From the NCBI RefSeq assembly GCF_006345805.1, contig NC_043004.1:97650001-97714000 (forward strand): a stretch of DNA of 64,000 bases, given 5' to 3'. The stretch comes from Octopus sinensis (Eukaryota). Positions 14,991-28,828 of this stretch are shown here, in pieces. Positions within the stretch are counted from its first letter, which is position 1. Each line of letters starts with the position of its first letter. The translations under genes were made by a program, and so were the position numbers. The notes under the pieces were generated by a model. That model ran no database searches, was not told the origin of the DNA, and saw nothing but the letters and a program-made list of their open reading frames with translations.

Positions 14991-15879
14991 ATACTGTGTG
15001 TATATATATGTTTCACACACACACACACATGTATATATATGTACACTTATACACTTATTACATATGTACAAACATAGACAGATAAAAAGAAAGTTGCATA
15101 CATATGTGCACACTTTTACGCACAAACATATAAAGCTGTAAGGACATGTTCACATGTGCAATATATATGTTTTGATACGAGATCATGTATGAGAAAGCAC
15201 ATATTCTACGTCTACCTTAATTTCCAAACACAAATTCATACACTTGCACACACACACACACACATAATCGCAGACACATTTGCATATAAATATATATTTA
15301 CAAACGCATCTTACATACACATGCAATCTACACAATCACACATAAACATACAAAGATAAAAGTATAATTACATACATATCTAGATGCATACGTACGCACA
15401 TATATCACTTATTGATCCATCTAACAACCCTATCTGAGCAATAGGGGTTGATCTTGCTAAAACAAAATGCGATATATTAATGCCAAAGGCATGTTTTTCT
15501 TCGTTGTTCCATAAAATTCCTTCTTCCCACTTTATTTATCTAAAGAGTAGTTTTTAAAAAATATATATATAGTTAAAGTTAGGGGTTAAAACCAGGTTCT
15601 TCTAGATTGATGTAGACCTATTGTAAATGCCATTCTCTTACTGCTTTATATATATTACATGCTGTTCTTCTTCTGGAACAATCCGTAGCAGGCTTTTATT
15701 GTATTTATTCCAATAAAAACATATTGCTTCTTGTTTTTTCATTTTCATTTCATTTTTTTTTCCCTCATTTTTCATTAATTTTTGTATTTGTGTTTATGTG
15801 GTATTTGTATGATTTTTGTTGAATCTCTTCTAGCTCTCCACAAACAACCACCACCAACACCACCAATGCCACCACGACC

Positions 15880-16002
15880 AACAACAACAACAACAACAGC
15901 AACAGCAGCAACAAAAACAACCACACCAATACTACCAGCACTACAATAATAATGTTGAATAAATGTAATGTAAGATAATGTATTTTAATGTTTGTTTAGA
16001 GT

Positions 16003-16038
<36 letters not shown>

Positions 16039-16440
16039 TATTATTATCATTATTATTATTGTTGTTGTTGTTGTTGTTCTTATTGTTATTATTATTATTT
16101 GAAAGAAATGTTTCTGTTAAGAGTATATTGGTAAATATAATGATGATATTGATGATGGAAATGATGATGCTGATGATGACACTGCTGCTGCTGCTGCTGC
16201 TCTTGCTGCTCTTGCTTATAATGATGATATGGAGGAGGAGGAGGATGCTGATCCTGCTCATGGTGATGATGATGATGATGATGATGATAATTTAGTGTTT
16301 GGTGTAAATAAAAGAAAGAATCAATAATTATCGAAATGCAATCATGGCAATGGTAACAACAGTAATGACGGCGCTGACGACGATGACGAGGATGATGATG
16401 ACGATGATGATGATGAGGATGATGATGATGATGATGGGAG
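15880..16440. repeat. Compound trinucleotide microsatellites (AAC, ATT, TTG, GAT, CTG)
   Basis: Direct. Confidence 0.9.
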
Positions 16441-16627
16441 GTCGGTGATGATGGTGATGAACGTTATGATGACCACAAAGCTGACAACGACGATGACAAA
16501 TTTCTTGCTACATGCAAGATGAATGGTTATCAAACAGTTGATGGAAGGATGAAAACAGATGCAAAGACACACATGCACACACACACACACACATATATAC
16601 ACACACACACACATATATATATGACAG

Positions 16628-16872
16628 GCTTCCATACAGTTTCTTATTTCTTTATTGCCCACAAGGGGCTAAACACAAAGAGGACAAAGAAGGACAGACA
16701 AACGGATTAAGTCGATTATATCAACCCCAGTGCGTAACTGGTACTTAATTTATCGACCCCGAAAGAATGAAAGGCAAAGTCAACCTCCGCGAAATTTGAA
16801 CTCAGAACGTAACGGTAGACGAAATACGGCTACACATTTTGCCCGGCGTGCTAATGTTTCTGCCAGGTCGCC
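16628..16872 (-). mobile_element. SINE family B
   Basis: Minus strand: GGCGACCTGGCAGAAACATTAGCACGCCGGGC head, GAGTTCAAATT B-box. Confidence 0.85.
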
Positions 16873-17095
16873 ACAATACAGTTTCTGTCAAACAAACTTA
16901 CTCACGTGGCATTGGTTTGCCAGAGACTATAGTGGAAGGAAGACAATTATCAAGGGTATCATCCAGTGGGATTGAACACATAACTACATGGTTACAAAGC
17001 AAGCTTCTTAACCACACAGCCATGCTGCTTGGGTTTGGCAAGTCACAAGGCAAAAATGTTATATTTGTGGCAGTGCTTATTAAATTATTCACATA

Positions 17096-17507
17096 GGCGC
17101 AGGAGTGGATGTGTGGTAAGTAGCTTGCTAACCAACCACATGGTTCCGGGTTCAGTCCCACTGCGTGGCATCTTGGGCAAGTGTCTCCTGCTATAGCCCC
17201 GGGCCGACCAATGCCTTGTGAATGGATTTGGTAGATGGAAACTGAAAGAAGCCTGTCATATATATGTATATATATATAAGTGTGTGTGTATATGTTTGTG
17301 TGTCTGTGTTTGTCCCCCCTAGCATTGCTTGACAACCGATGCTGGTGTGTTTACGTCCCCGTCACTTAGCGGTTTGGCAAAAGAGACCGATAGAATAAGT
17401 ACTGGGCTTACAAAGAATAAGTCCCGGGGTCGATTTGCTCGACTAAAGGCGGTGCTCCAGCATGGCCGCAGTCAAATGACTGAAACAAGTAAAAGAGTAA
17501 AAGAGTA
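17096..17507 (+). mobile_element. SINE family A, full length
   Basis: Close match to other copies. Confidence 0.9.
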
Positions 17508-17706
17508 TATTACTGGTATATGAATTTACTAGAAGGATGAAATATGCTACTGTATATGATAATAATGAAGATAATCCTTAATTTTGCTATAGATAGGCAA
17601 ACTACCACAGGGAGAGGGAAATGCTGGCAATTCTCCTAAATGCACAATGTTCTTTGAGCTGATACTTTGCAGTTAATGACTCTTAAGAGCAAAAAATATA
17701 TATACT

Positions 17707-17890
17707 TGCAGAAACGTTAGCCCACTGGGTGAAATGCTTATGTTCTGAGTTCAAATTCCGCTGAGGTTGACTTTGCTTTTCATCCATTTGGAGTCAATAA
17801 ATTAAGTACAAGTTTTGTACTGGGGGTCGATCTAATCGACTGGTCCCCTCCCCGAAAATTGTGGGCCTTGTGCCTAGAGCAGAAAAGAAT
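17707..17890 (+). mobile_element. SINE family B variant
   Basis: gcagaaacgttagc...gttctgagttcaaattccgctgaggttgac. Confidence 0.75.
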
Positions 17891-18525
17891 ATCGCTGGCC
17901 TTGTGCCAAAATTAAAAGCAAACTATTTCTTGGTCGATTGGCAGAATTGTTAGAACACTGCATAGAATGCCTAGAGGCATTTACTTTAAGAAGATCTCCA
18001 GTTGTAAAATGCTTCCTCATAAAAACCATTTAACTCATGCCAACATGGAACAGAAGAAATAAAAATGGTTATCATGATGGTGGTGGTGGTGCTGCTGCTT
18101 CTGCTGCTGCTGCTGTTAGTGGTGATGGTAGTGGCAGCATTGGTAATGATGATGAGGCTGTGGCTACTACAGTGCAGCAACCACTGACAGTGGTGACAAT
18201 GACAAGGATTATGATGATAATCAGTGATTATGATGTCAAATGCAGTCATCTTTTAATTTAAGATAGCAAAACATCACTGAAGGAGATTTGGCTGTTATTT
18301 CCAGCAGTCTAGCCAACCATATAGAAGCTTCCTGAAAACTGCAAGGAAAAAAAAAAGAAACATACTTCTTGCTACTCAGTAGCAAATTAGTCAACATAAT
18401 AAAGCAGAGGTCTGTCGAGTAACTTGTAAATAGTCATTTAACCTTCCAGACATAGCAACTAAACCTCCCTCTAATAAACCAATGAAAGAAAGCTGCTAAA
18501 TCTTCCTTAGATCACATTCTACTGT

Positions 18526-18816
18526 CTTAGAAGCTGAATGGCACTCTGAATAATATAAGCCTAGATACACAATGTCTGAAAATGTGAAGATGATATGTTC
18601 ACAACTGTAGGGTTATTCTGCAATGGCCAGTGTATTTCAAAACTTGATTCATATGGAACCCAAGTTGTTAAGTTCTTAGAAGCTGAATGGCACTTTGAAC
18701 AATATAAGCCTAGATACACAATGTCTGAAAATGTGAAGATGAGATATTCACAACTGTAGAGTTATTCTGCAATGGCCATTGTATTTTAAGAATTGATTGA
18801 TATGGAACCTATGTTG
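18526..18816. repeat. 149-bp tandem duplication (2 copies)
   Basis: cttagaagctgaatggcact... at 18526 and 18675. Confidence 0.9.
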
Positions 18817-18857
18817 TTCTTATTTATCAGTCAGCATAGTTTATAGTAAAGACCTCG

Positions 18858-19252
18858 ACTGGCTTCTGTGCCGGTGGCACATAAAAATCTCCGACCGAAC
18901 GTGGCTGATGCCAGCGTCGCCTCGACTGGCTTCTGTGCCGGTGGCACATAAAAAGCACCATCTGAACGTGGCTGATGCCAGCACCACCTTGGCTGGCTTC
19001 TGTGCCGGTGGCACATTAAAGCACCAACCGATTGTGGCCGATACCAGACACCCCTGGCACCTGTGCTGGTGGCACGTAAAAAGCACCCACTACACTCACG
19101 GAGTGGTTGGCGTTAGGAAGGGCATCCAGCTGTAGAAACACTGCCAGATCAGACTGGAGCCTGGTGCAGCCCCTGGCTTCCCAGACCCCGGTCGAACCAT
19201 CCAACCCGTGCTAGCACGGAAAACGGATGTTAAACGATGATGATGATGATGT
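18858..19252 (-). mobile_element. Repeat family C with tandem GGCTTCTGTGCCGGTGGCACATAAAA sub-repeats
   Basis: Core plus 4 sub-repeats; (GAT)n end. Confidence 0.8.
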
Positions 19253-22200
19253 TATTGAAAACTAGAATATAATTAAAGCAATATTTGATTTGTCCACCAG
19301 CTCACGACTTTTGCAATGCAAGCAGAGCTGACTGTGTCTAATATATGAAGAAAACTAGCAACACAGACTTGTGTGCAGTATTTATAAACTACTGTTGAAT
19401 GCTGGAAAGTAATTCCTCTTGAGAACCAGACAAAAGCTTGTTAGTTTTTAATGCATCTTGAATTAAATATATCCCTACCAACTATTGTTTTCTGTTCAGT
19501 AGTATCTTAGAGTTGTACATTCTCTAAACAATTTCAGTTTTCTAGGCCACCTAGCATAGAACCATGTGCATTTGTTTGTGATTCTCTCATCACTACCTTG
19601 GGATGTATGCAGAAGACTATGCTTTGCTGACATGATTTTTTTCAATCAAACTGAAATCTGTTTTGGGTTGTCTTTCGTATTTATCAAAATATTCAAAATA
19701 ATATTAGTCATTGTCTCATATTTTTTGTCTTCATTGAATTATATTTGATTTGATTTTTAATGCACCCAGCATTAAATGTTGATTATTTTTTAATCTGCTC
19801 TAGTATCCATTCTACTTCAGCGCTGTGTTGGCCTTCTTTCAGGTTGAGGCAACCAGGATGTTATCCCAGCCATATTGCTTCAGCTGGTATTGGAGGTTTG
19901 TCACTGTTACCTGGATTGCAAAGCATTTTTTCTTCTCATGAGGAAGCCATGGATAGGAAATAAAAATGAACACAGAATTCAAAGAACCAGAACAGTTACT
20001 GCAAAGTATATTCTCTGGAACATCACTAACAATTCCAGTTCAATTAATCCATCACTATAGACTGGTATTTTATTTATGGACAATGGAAATATGAAATGCA
20101 ACACTGACGTTGATAGGATTTGAACTGAGATTGTAGGAACTAGCACAAACATCACAAGATATTCTATTTGACATTCTCACAACTTTGCCAGATTATCACC
20201 ATTTTCAACATATTAACACTACCTAAAGTTTTATAGTTTACCATTCTCTCTGCCCCAAAATATCAATGAACTCTTTTTGAATCAATTACTTAATCCCAAC
20301 TGTTTACCACTGAAACCTATTTTTATCAGTCTATAACCCTTTTCAATATATTCCCTATGAAGTACACTTTACACATTACATCTTTCTGAAGAAAATATTC
20401 CTAATTTTTATTAGGGTTTCTTTTCATTAAATGTTGCATGGTGACTCTTATGCCTGTAGCTTCTTGTTTAATATATTTAAGGATTGTGTACATTTTATTA
20501 AATATTTCAATGCAAAAGATCTTTACAACCATTTTAGAATTATACCATAACCAGTTGTGCATTGTAGCACAACACCCAGTCAGCAAAATAAAGCTTTTAT
20601 GAAACACCTATAATGTATAGTTTTATATGTGTCACCTCTTGGCATATTTGAAGCTTTCAAATGTTGCAAACATATTGTAGAAGTTGGATAAGTAGAATAG
20701 AATACTAGAGAGTCTAAAAAGAGATTAACAGTTGATTCTTGTCACTAAAACTGTTGTACTGTACTTACAATCATGGCAAAATTTGTAGCGTGAAAATGTC
20801 CCAGACCACTTGGCTGATAACAAATTCACAGGAACAACTTATTACTCTAAAGAGCAGTATGGCAAAACTAATAAATATTTGTTGGCTTCCTGTTCAAGAG
20901 TTTCACTTCTTCCCTTCTATGGCAATAGTTTGACAAGAATTTGAACTCCTTTGTTTTCACTGAAAAATCAATAAGATTGTTGACCCATTGACAGATGCCT
21001 TTGGTTATATAAAAAAAAAAGCAACTCATGTAACTGCTTAGACATCTGACAACATACAGATCGACGAAGTAAGTAAGGAAGAACACATGAGGTTTCCTTT
21101 CATCTTCAATTTTAGCATTTATTTCCTCCAGTTATAATCAATATTAATATCAAGGAAAATATGTTTACATTTATCAAATATATATAATGTATTGAATTTA
21201 ATATCAATATTGTCTGGCTTCACTTCATTCACTTCAAAATTCATAAATTGATCTGAATTATGGAGAGGTAAAATAGCTGACTGGCTAAGATATTGGGCTA
21301 TCAACATATCAATCACAAAACAGCTAACATGGGAAACTGCTGGACTACCTACCACCTTATTACTCCCAGAACAATTGATTAAATAAGATGTTACACTAAT
21401 AACTTGTTGGTCACCAAATGGCTAACAGGGAAAGAAATTGGACTACCAACCTAATTAATCGCAGAACAGATAACAGTGTAGGGTACTAAATTATCAATTT
21501 AATTAGTCACAAAAGTTTTTTATTAAGATACTTATGAGTCACTAGTCCAAATTCCCTGTAGATGACTTGTTGTTTGTTGCCATGATATCTTATTTATTCT
21601 GGATGTCTCAGTTTATTTGTCTGTAAACGAATCGTATCAGAACTTGAAAATTACCCATAATAGAATGGAATTCTCTCTAAGAAGAAATCAATCTCTCTCT
21701 GTCAGTCTGCCCCCAACCAATCTCTTTTTGCTCTCTCTCCTTTCTCTTTCATCAGATTGAATTACATGGTCAGTTTTAACACTTTTGTGACTATATTTCT
21801 TATGAAAAGCTTTTGTGTTTCCAATAATTTCGAAGATAATTAAGAGTTTGAAAGGATGTAATCAAAATAATTAGCATTTACATTTATTTCTATTTAAAAC
21901 TTGTGTTTGGAACATAACGGAACAAAACGTTTTTACATAGAATTTTGATGGAAAATTTAAATTCAGAAATGAACATTTCAAGACTCAACAGTTTTGAATA
22001 AGAATCAAAACATGCTTTCAACTTGACTGATATCAAAAGTGTCAAAATGAATTTTTTTTTTTTAGTTACAGATTGCCTCCATTTCAAAAGGACTTCGAAA
22101 ATTGACTACATAAATACTGATCTTATGTTATAGGGGATTTTCTTCTATTTTTAAGGTTAGAATTTCTCCATTTTAATTATCAGAATAAGTTCAGGTTTGC

Positions 22201-23104
22201 ATTTAGAGCGATCACAGTTGAATTCTTGCTTGTACAGTTTAAAAATCTCATGATATACAGTACTTTTGTTTAAACATGTTTGGCATATATAAGTTCTCTG
22301 ATGACTATATACAATATTCAGTGTTAGACTAGAATCAATATAAACAAATGTATTGTCTTACAAAAGAATAGAGACAAATTGACAGAATCTAATGATAAGC
22401 AACACTTTTCTTCAAACATGTTTGACATGTATGAGTTGTCTTATCACAGTATACATGACTAAATGTGGGAATGGTAACATTTTAAGCAGTTGTTATATAC
22501 TGTTAATAGCAGTGGCAGGTATGATGAAACAACTTGGCAGGAATTCTAAGTAATTGCAGATTAATAGAGAAAGGACCAGTAATAGAAATAAGTCTGAGTT
22601 ACCAGAGAGTACAACTTTGTATCAGACAAAGCTGTCAGGTTGTGTATCAAGAATGCTGACTGATTGCTCCTCAGAGCTGATTTATGTGAAAAAGAGCTGG
22701 TGTGAAACTAGAGATATACTAATGTTTAGCAATAGGGCCTAAAATGTAATGTTCTATGGCTTTCAAAAACACCTAATTATGCTTATTAAAACACTACTGA
22801 AGGTAGAGTGTCAGGGAATAGAATAAGTAAACTATGATCTGTGCAGCTTTCAGATATGTACTGGGGTAGTTGCAATTAAGGATACCCTTTCCCTAAGGTG
22901 TGAATTAGTTGAGGCATTTGAGTAATGGACAGAATACCTCAAAGTATTTGTCCTAGTTTTCTGTGCTCTAAGCTCAATTCTCACCAGTGTCAAATTTACC
23001 TTTCATCCTTTTAAGGTCAATAAAACGGTACCATTCAATATTGGTGGGTTGGCAGAACTGTTAGACACTTGGGCAAAAATCCTTGCAATATATATTTCAG
23101 CAAA

Positions 23105-23335
23105 GGTGGCGAGCTGGCAGAAACATTAGCACTCCAGGCGAAATGCTGAGCAGTATTTCGTCTTTCGCTATGTTCTGAGTTCAAATTCTGCCGAGGTCGA
23201 CTTTGCCTTTTATCCTTTCAGGGTCGATTAAATAAGTACCAGTTACACACTGGGGTTGATATAATCGACTTAATCCGTATGTCTGTCCTTGTTTGTCCCC
23301 TCTGTGTGTAGCCCCTTGTGGGCAGTAAAGAAATA
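23105..23335 (+). mobile_element. SINE family B, full length
   Basis: Head GGTGGCGAGCTGGCAGAAAC, tail AAAGAAAT. Confidence 0.9.
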
Positions 23336-23366
23336 ATAAACATTAGCACACTGGGTGAAATGCTTC

Positions 23367-23513
23367 AGTACGTAACTGGTACTTAATTTATCGACCCTGA
23401 AAGGATGAAAGGCAAAGTCGACCTCGGCAGAATTTGAACTCAGAACATAATGGCAGACAAAATACCACTAAACATTTCACCCGGTGAGCTAACGTTTCTA
23501 CCAGCTCGCTGCC
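23367..23513 (-). mobile_element. SINE family B, inverted relative to neighbour
   Basis: Reverse complement of 23105-23250. Confidence 0.85.
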
Positions 23514-23686
23514 TTATTAGTCTGTTTCTTCATTCATGTTGCATTTGTTGTAGGTTCAGCTTACATCAACCCAGATCAAAGAGAACTATTATCAAAGATG
23601 TTCTACTTGTGACCATGTTGTCTTTTATTTCCAATGTAGTATAATACACATAGGACTACATTATTCAGTATGTGATTCTTTCTTAA

Positions 23687-24492
23687 TCCTTTAGTGTACA
23701 GATTACTTTCTCAAATGTAATGCTTATTTATTGATACTGTTTTGAATTTATCCTGCATTACCTTGTAGCCTTGATATTTTGATGATGTGATTGCTTATGC
23801 TTAAAATGACATTTTAGGGTAGGTATGAGAGGCTAAACAGGTTTGCAGCCATTGGTGTGTTTCTTGGCTGCTTCCCATTGTCAGGCCGGTGGTCCTGAGC
23901 TCGTCCAAAATTCTCCAATTCCATGTCTGCTTTTGGCGTCCTCACTTCTTTTTCCCCTGTGGGTTCCAGTCAAGTGCTTGTTGTGTCACATTTGAGGGTT
24001 CTTTCTGCAGTGTGTGTCAAATCCATCTCCATTTCCTTCATCTAATCTGAACATGTATGGGCTCCTGGTTGGCCCTTTCCCACAGGTCGGTGTTTGGCAC
24101 TCTGTCGAACCACTTCAGATGGAGGATCTGCTGGAGACATTTGTTGCTGTAGGTGTCTCTCCATGTTTCAAAGCCATACAAAAGCTCAGATTTTACGTTT
24201 GAACTAAAAAAGTGGAGTTTAGTTCGAGTTGAAATGGCAGTGGACTTCCATACCAGCCAAAGAATCACGAAGGCTTGCCAAGCTTTCTTGCATCTTGTCA
24301 TGATGTCCTCGTCTGATCGACCTCATTTACCAATGACAGCAAAAAGTAGAAAACAACTGTTGAGGCCCTATGTCCCGCAAGGGGCAAAAAGGATCAAGAA
24401 GAAGAAGAGTGAGAGGCTAGATCTGTCCAGTTTGAACATAAAAGCAAGTAGAATATTTTGGCTGAATATAGCTGGTTTAAATGCTGAAGGGT
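23687..24492. mobile_element. piggyBac-like MITE interrupted by an RTE insertion
   Basis: Left half 23687-23835, right half 24410-24492 ending gaaggg|ttaa. Confidence 0.75.
23836..24409. mobile_element. RTE LINE 3' fragment with 5' inversion, (AAG)n tail and 10-bp TSD
   Basis: Minus part encodes KSELLYGFETW...LKWFDRVPNTDLWERANQEP; plus part encodes LLRPYV/VEALC-type end plus gaagaagaag; tgagaggcta duplicated at 23826-23835 and 24410-24419. Confidence 0.8.
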
Positions 24493-25727
24493 TAAAATAG
24501 TTGGATGTGATTCAAAGTAGATTTAGTTGTTATTTCTAGAAGGGAAAAAGATTTTGGTGGACGTTTCATCATTGGATCCTAATGTATGCCATAGATTCTG
24601 GTGGAGGCCTTAGTAGATACAGAGAATCAGTTGCTATGCTAGTAGCTACCAGTCATATACTTTGGAAGAATTTGCTTTATCAGCCTATTTACCATGCCAT
24701 TAACATTATTATTTATATACTAACATCAAAATTTATATTCCATAGACAAATCTTGTACTTTCTATCAATTTACTCTCTCTATGTATTTTTCATTTATTTA
24801 TTTATCTATTTATTGATTTTAATTTTTTTTTTTGGTAATTTTATTAAAATTCTAATTAAAAAAATGCAATTTTGTAACTGTTTTTTATATTCCTCATCAT
24901 TTTTTTACTGCTTTAAATCATTCTGATTTATATGTTGCTGTTGTTATTGTTGCTGTGTTTCTGAAGAAAATCCTTAATCTTACTTTAATCACAGAGCTTA
25001 TTTTTAATCTATAATATCTCTCATAAGTCTTTCTCTAAATTCGTCTAATCTCTAAAACTATAAATTGAAAATTTTTTAAAATTAATAATGATGATGATGA
25101 TATTAATAATAATAATGATAATAACAATAATAATAACGATGCCGGTGGTTGCGGTGATGTCGATGATGATGATGATGATAATGCAAGTAACAGCAAAAAT
25201 AACAATAGCGACAACAAAGCAAATAATAAAATGTAATTTCCCCCCAAAAAAAAAAAGAAAAAAAAAGCAATACATGAAAGCATGGGAATTAAACCATTGC
25301 ATGCAAACCACTAAAATTATCAGAAGACAAATGCATTAGATATAAAAAATAGAACCTATTAAAAAGAACATCAACAAAATAAATAAAAAAAAAAGCCAGC
25401 ATGAATCCTACGAATATATTTATGCACATAATATCATACATAATGCACACACATACATGCACAGTTGTGCATAATATTTATAAATTACATATTTATTACA
25501 TAAAGAAATTAAAAGGAAAATAGGAAATCTGAAAGCGCATTCAACATTCAAAATATATAAACACATGGATACATACTTACATACATACATGTCTGTGTAT
25601 ACATGTATAAGTACATATGTATATTTGAATGTATATGCACATACATATATATATATACACACTTACACATATATGCATATATATACATGCACATACATGT
25701 ATATATGCATAAATATCTATCTAGCTC

Positions 25728-25765
<38 letters not shown>

Positions 25766-25780
<15 letters not shown>

Positions 25781-26127
25781 GCATACATATATTTATGCAT
25801 ATTAATGCTTGTATGAATATATGGATGTATATATACAATATGAATGAACAAAGTCAAATGAAAAGAAAACTCACATAAATTCTAAATGGCAAAAATATAT
25901 ACTCACAGGGACATGCATATATACATCATACTTAATGCACTCCAATCGCTCACACACAATCACATGTATGTATATATTTATAGCCTGGAGAAAACGATGG
26001 AAAAAAATTATAATTCAAACTAGGTAAAAATCTTACACACGTGAATATATATGTGTATGTGTGTCTGTGTGTATTTATGTATGTATATATATGTATATAT
26101 ATGCATATATATATATACATACATACA

Positions 26128-26174
<47 letters not shown>

Positions 26175-26209
26175 GATATATGTATGCATTTATGATATAT
26201 ATATATATA

Positions 26210-26241
<32 letters not shown>

Positions 26242-26589
26242 GCATACATATATTTATGCATATTAATGCTTGTATGAATATATGGATGTATATATACAAT
26301 ATGAATGAACAAAGTCAAATGAAAAGAAAACTCACATAAATTCTAAATGGCAAAAATATATACTCACAGGGACATGCATATATACATCATACTTAATGCA
26401 CTCCAATCCCTCACACACAATCACATGTATGTATATATTTATAGCCTGGAGAAAACGATGGAAAAAAATTATAATTCAAACTAGGTAAAAATCTTACACA
26501 CGTGAATATATATGTGTATGTGTGTCTGTGTGTATTTATGTATGTATATATATGTATATATATGCATATATATACATACATACATACAT

Positions 26590-26644
<55 letters not shown>

Positions 26645-26680
26645 TATATATATATATGATATATGTATGCATTTATGTAT
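25766..26680. repeat. ~460-bp near-identical tandem duplication bounded by (TA)n/(TACA)n
   Basis: cacacacgcatacatatatttatgcatattaatgc... at about 25770 and 26230. Confidence 0.9.
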
Positions 26681-27424
26681 ATATATTATATATATATATA
26701 TATTATATATATATATATGATATATGTATGCATTTATGTATATATATATATATACGTATATACACAAATACTCATACACATATTGTCATAATTAATCATA
26801 TATACCATAATACATAGGTAAATGTGTATATAGATATGTATTGCATGTATGTATACATTTAAAAACATACAGAAACAAAAGGCAAATTTGAAATTTCAAA
26901 AAAAAAAGAAAAGAAAATAATTGAAGAAAAGGAAAAAAATAAAATGGCAAAGAAAATAGACAAAAATGGAAAGGAATTGAAGAATTACGCACCTGCAATG
27001 TAGTGCATTGAATTTCTAGAATGTTCAGTTGTAAGAATTTGGTGAATTATTTATGGTTCTTTTGTAATAACAGTGAACATAATATACAAGTAAATGGAAA
27101 AGAATGGAAGCAAAAAGAAATTTCCAAAATATATTTACAGCAAAATTTCAAAATGTACGGCAATGAAATAGCAACAATAGCAATAATATTCAAAGAAATA
27201 TGAAACATGCAGAGAAGGGAATCTTACTTTCACTTTCTCTTTCTCTCCAGCACATACAAAGCCCCCCACCTCACCCCTGCCACAAATACACACACATGTA
27301 CATGAACATACATATATAAATATGTGTATATATATATATATATATGTGTATATATATATATATTTATATATATGTATGTATGGATGGATATGCATATATA
27401 TATGTGTTTGTGCATGTAATCATG

Positions 27425-27464
<40 letters not shown>

Positions 27465-28450
27465 CATATATGCAGGTATGTATAATATATGTGTTATCAG
27501 CGACGTACTGTCTGAGTAGACCAGATAAGCAGTACCTACCCAAACATAAAACTATAAATATTAATTATTAAAAATATAAAATAATGATTTATAATTCATT
27601 ATAAAAAGACTAATTTAATGCACTGAATTCAATATGCAATTCAGTAAATAGCAAATATTTTGATGTTAATAAATTACTGGTACAAAGCAGTGTTTTGTTT
27701 CAATGCTATATTGTATTACAGAATATATATCTATAAATGTTTTGACAACCTTTTCTGTATAGATAGATACAAACAACTTGTCTTTATACACAGTATCATC
27801 ATTGGCAGTAAACAAACGTTTGGATTCAGCCCTGCATTAGGTCTTTGTTAGAGACTGAGTCTATCTTTAACTGTTTATAGAAAGAATGCTTTTAAATCCA
27901 TTAATACTAAGAACTTCATAAATTGGACAGGTCACTTTGGATGTTTAATGCATTTTTGACAGCCAGTTCAGTGAATAAATTACTGGTGTGTAAAAATCAT
28001 CCTTTTGTTTTCTTTTTCCATAAGCAATAGCTCTATGGACAGTTAAAGAATGTATTTAGCTGCTGATGAAATTCCAATAGTCGATTTCTCTTTTTCTGTT
28101 CACATGATATTTTACTTAAAGATTTGTTTTTCCACAGGTTCTCTGCATCACAAGCCATTCTTGAAAGTCCACAGCCCCAAATATTTGAAACCAAATATCA
28201 GGTTTCCACAGTCATTGATAGTCTAGGGTTTCATGGCATAAAGTATTGAACCACACTTTCCTCAAGGCCTTAAACAATGGTCTAACAAGTGATCTTGGAG
28301 TACTGAGAGCTTACATTAACCAATATGTTAATTAGTGAAGTAGAATTTCTACTCCATTAGTCTTTGGCATCTGCACTCGTTGTCAAAACAACCACCAACT
28401 GAATGGTGCTTATCATCACATCAACATGCTTGTTTGACCAAGTGGTGGAA

Positions 28451-28828
28451 GCACTCCGTCGGTTACGACGACGAGGGTTCCGGTTAATCCGATCAACGGA
28501 ACAGCCTGCTCGTGAAATTAACGTGTGAGTGGCTGAGCACTCCACAGACACGTGTACCCTTAACGTAGTTCTCGGGGATATTCAGCATGACACAGAGAGT
28601 GACAAGGCCGGCCCTTTGAAATACAGGTACAACAGAAACAGGAAGTAAGAGTGAGAGAAAGTTGTGGTGAAAGAGTACAGCAGGGATCACCACCATCCCT
28701 GCTGGAGCCTCATGGAACTATTAGGTGCTTTCGCTCAATAAACACTCACAACGCCCGGTCTGGGAATCGAAACCGCGATCCTACGACCACGAGTCTGCTG
28801 CCCTAACCACTGGGCCATTGCGCCTCCA
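28451..28828 (-). mobile_element. tRNA-derived SINE family D (tRNA-Arg-like head)
   Basis: Minus strand GGAGGCGCAATGGCCCAGTGGTTAGGGCAGCAGACTCG; A and B boxes visible; matches 56152. Confidence 0.85.

Noticed and set aside
19560-21500. Repeat-poor stretch that might hold host exons
   Set aside because: No frame gave a recognisable protein with consistent splice sites; needs RNA-seq or BLASTx.
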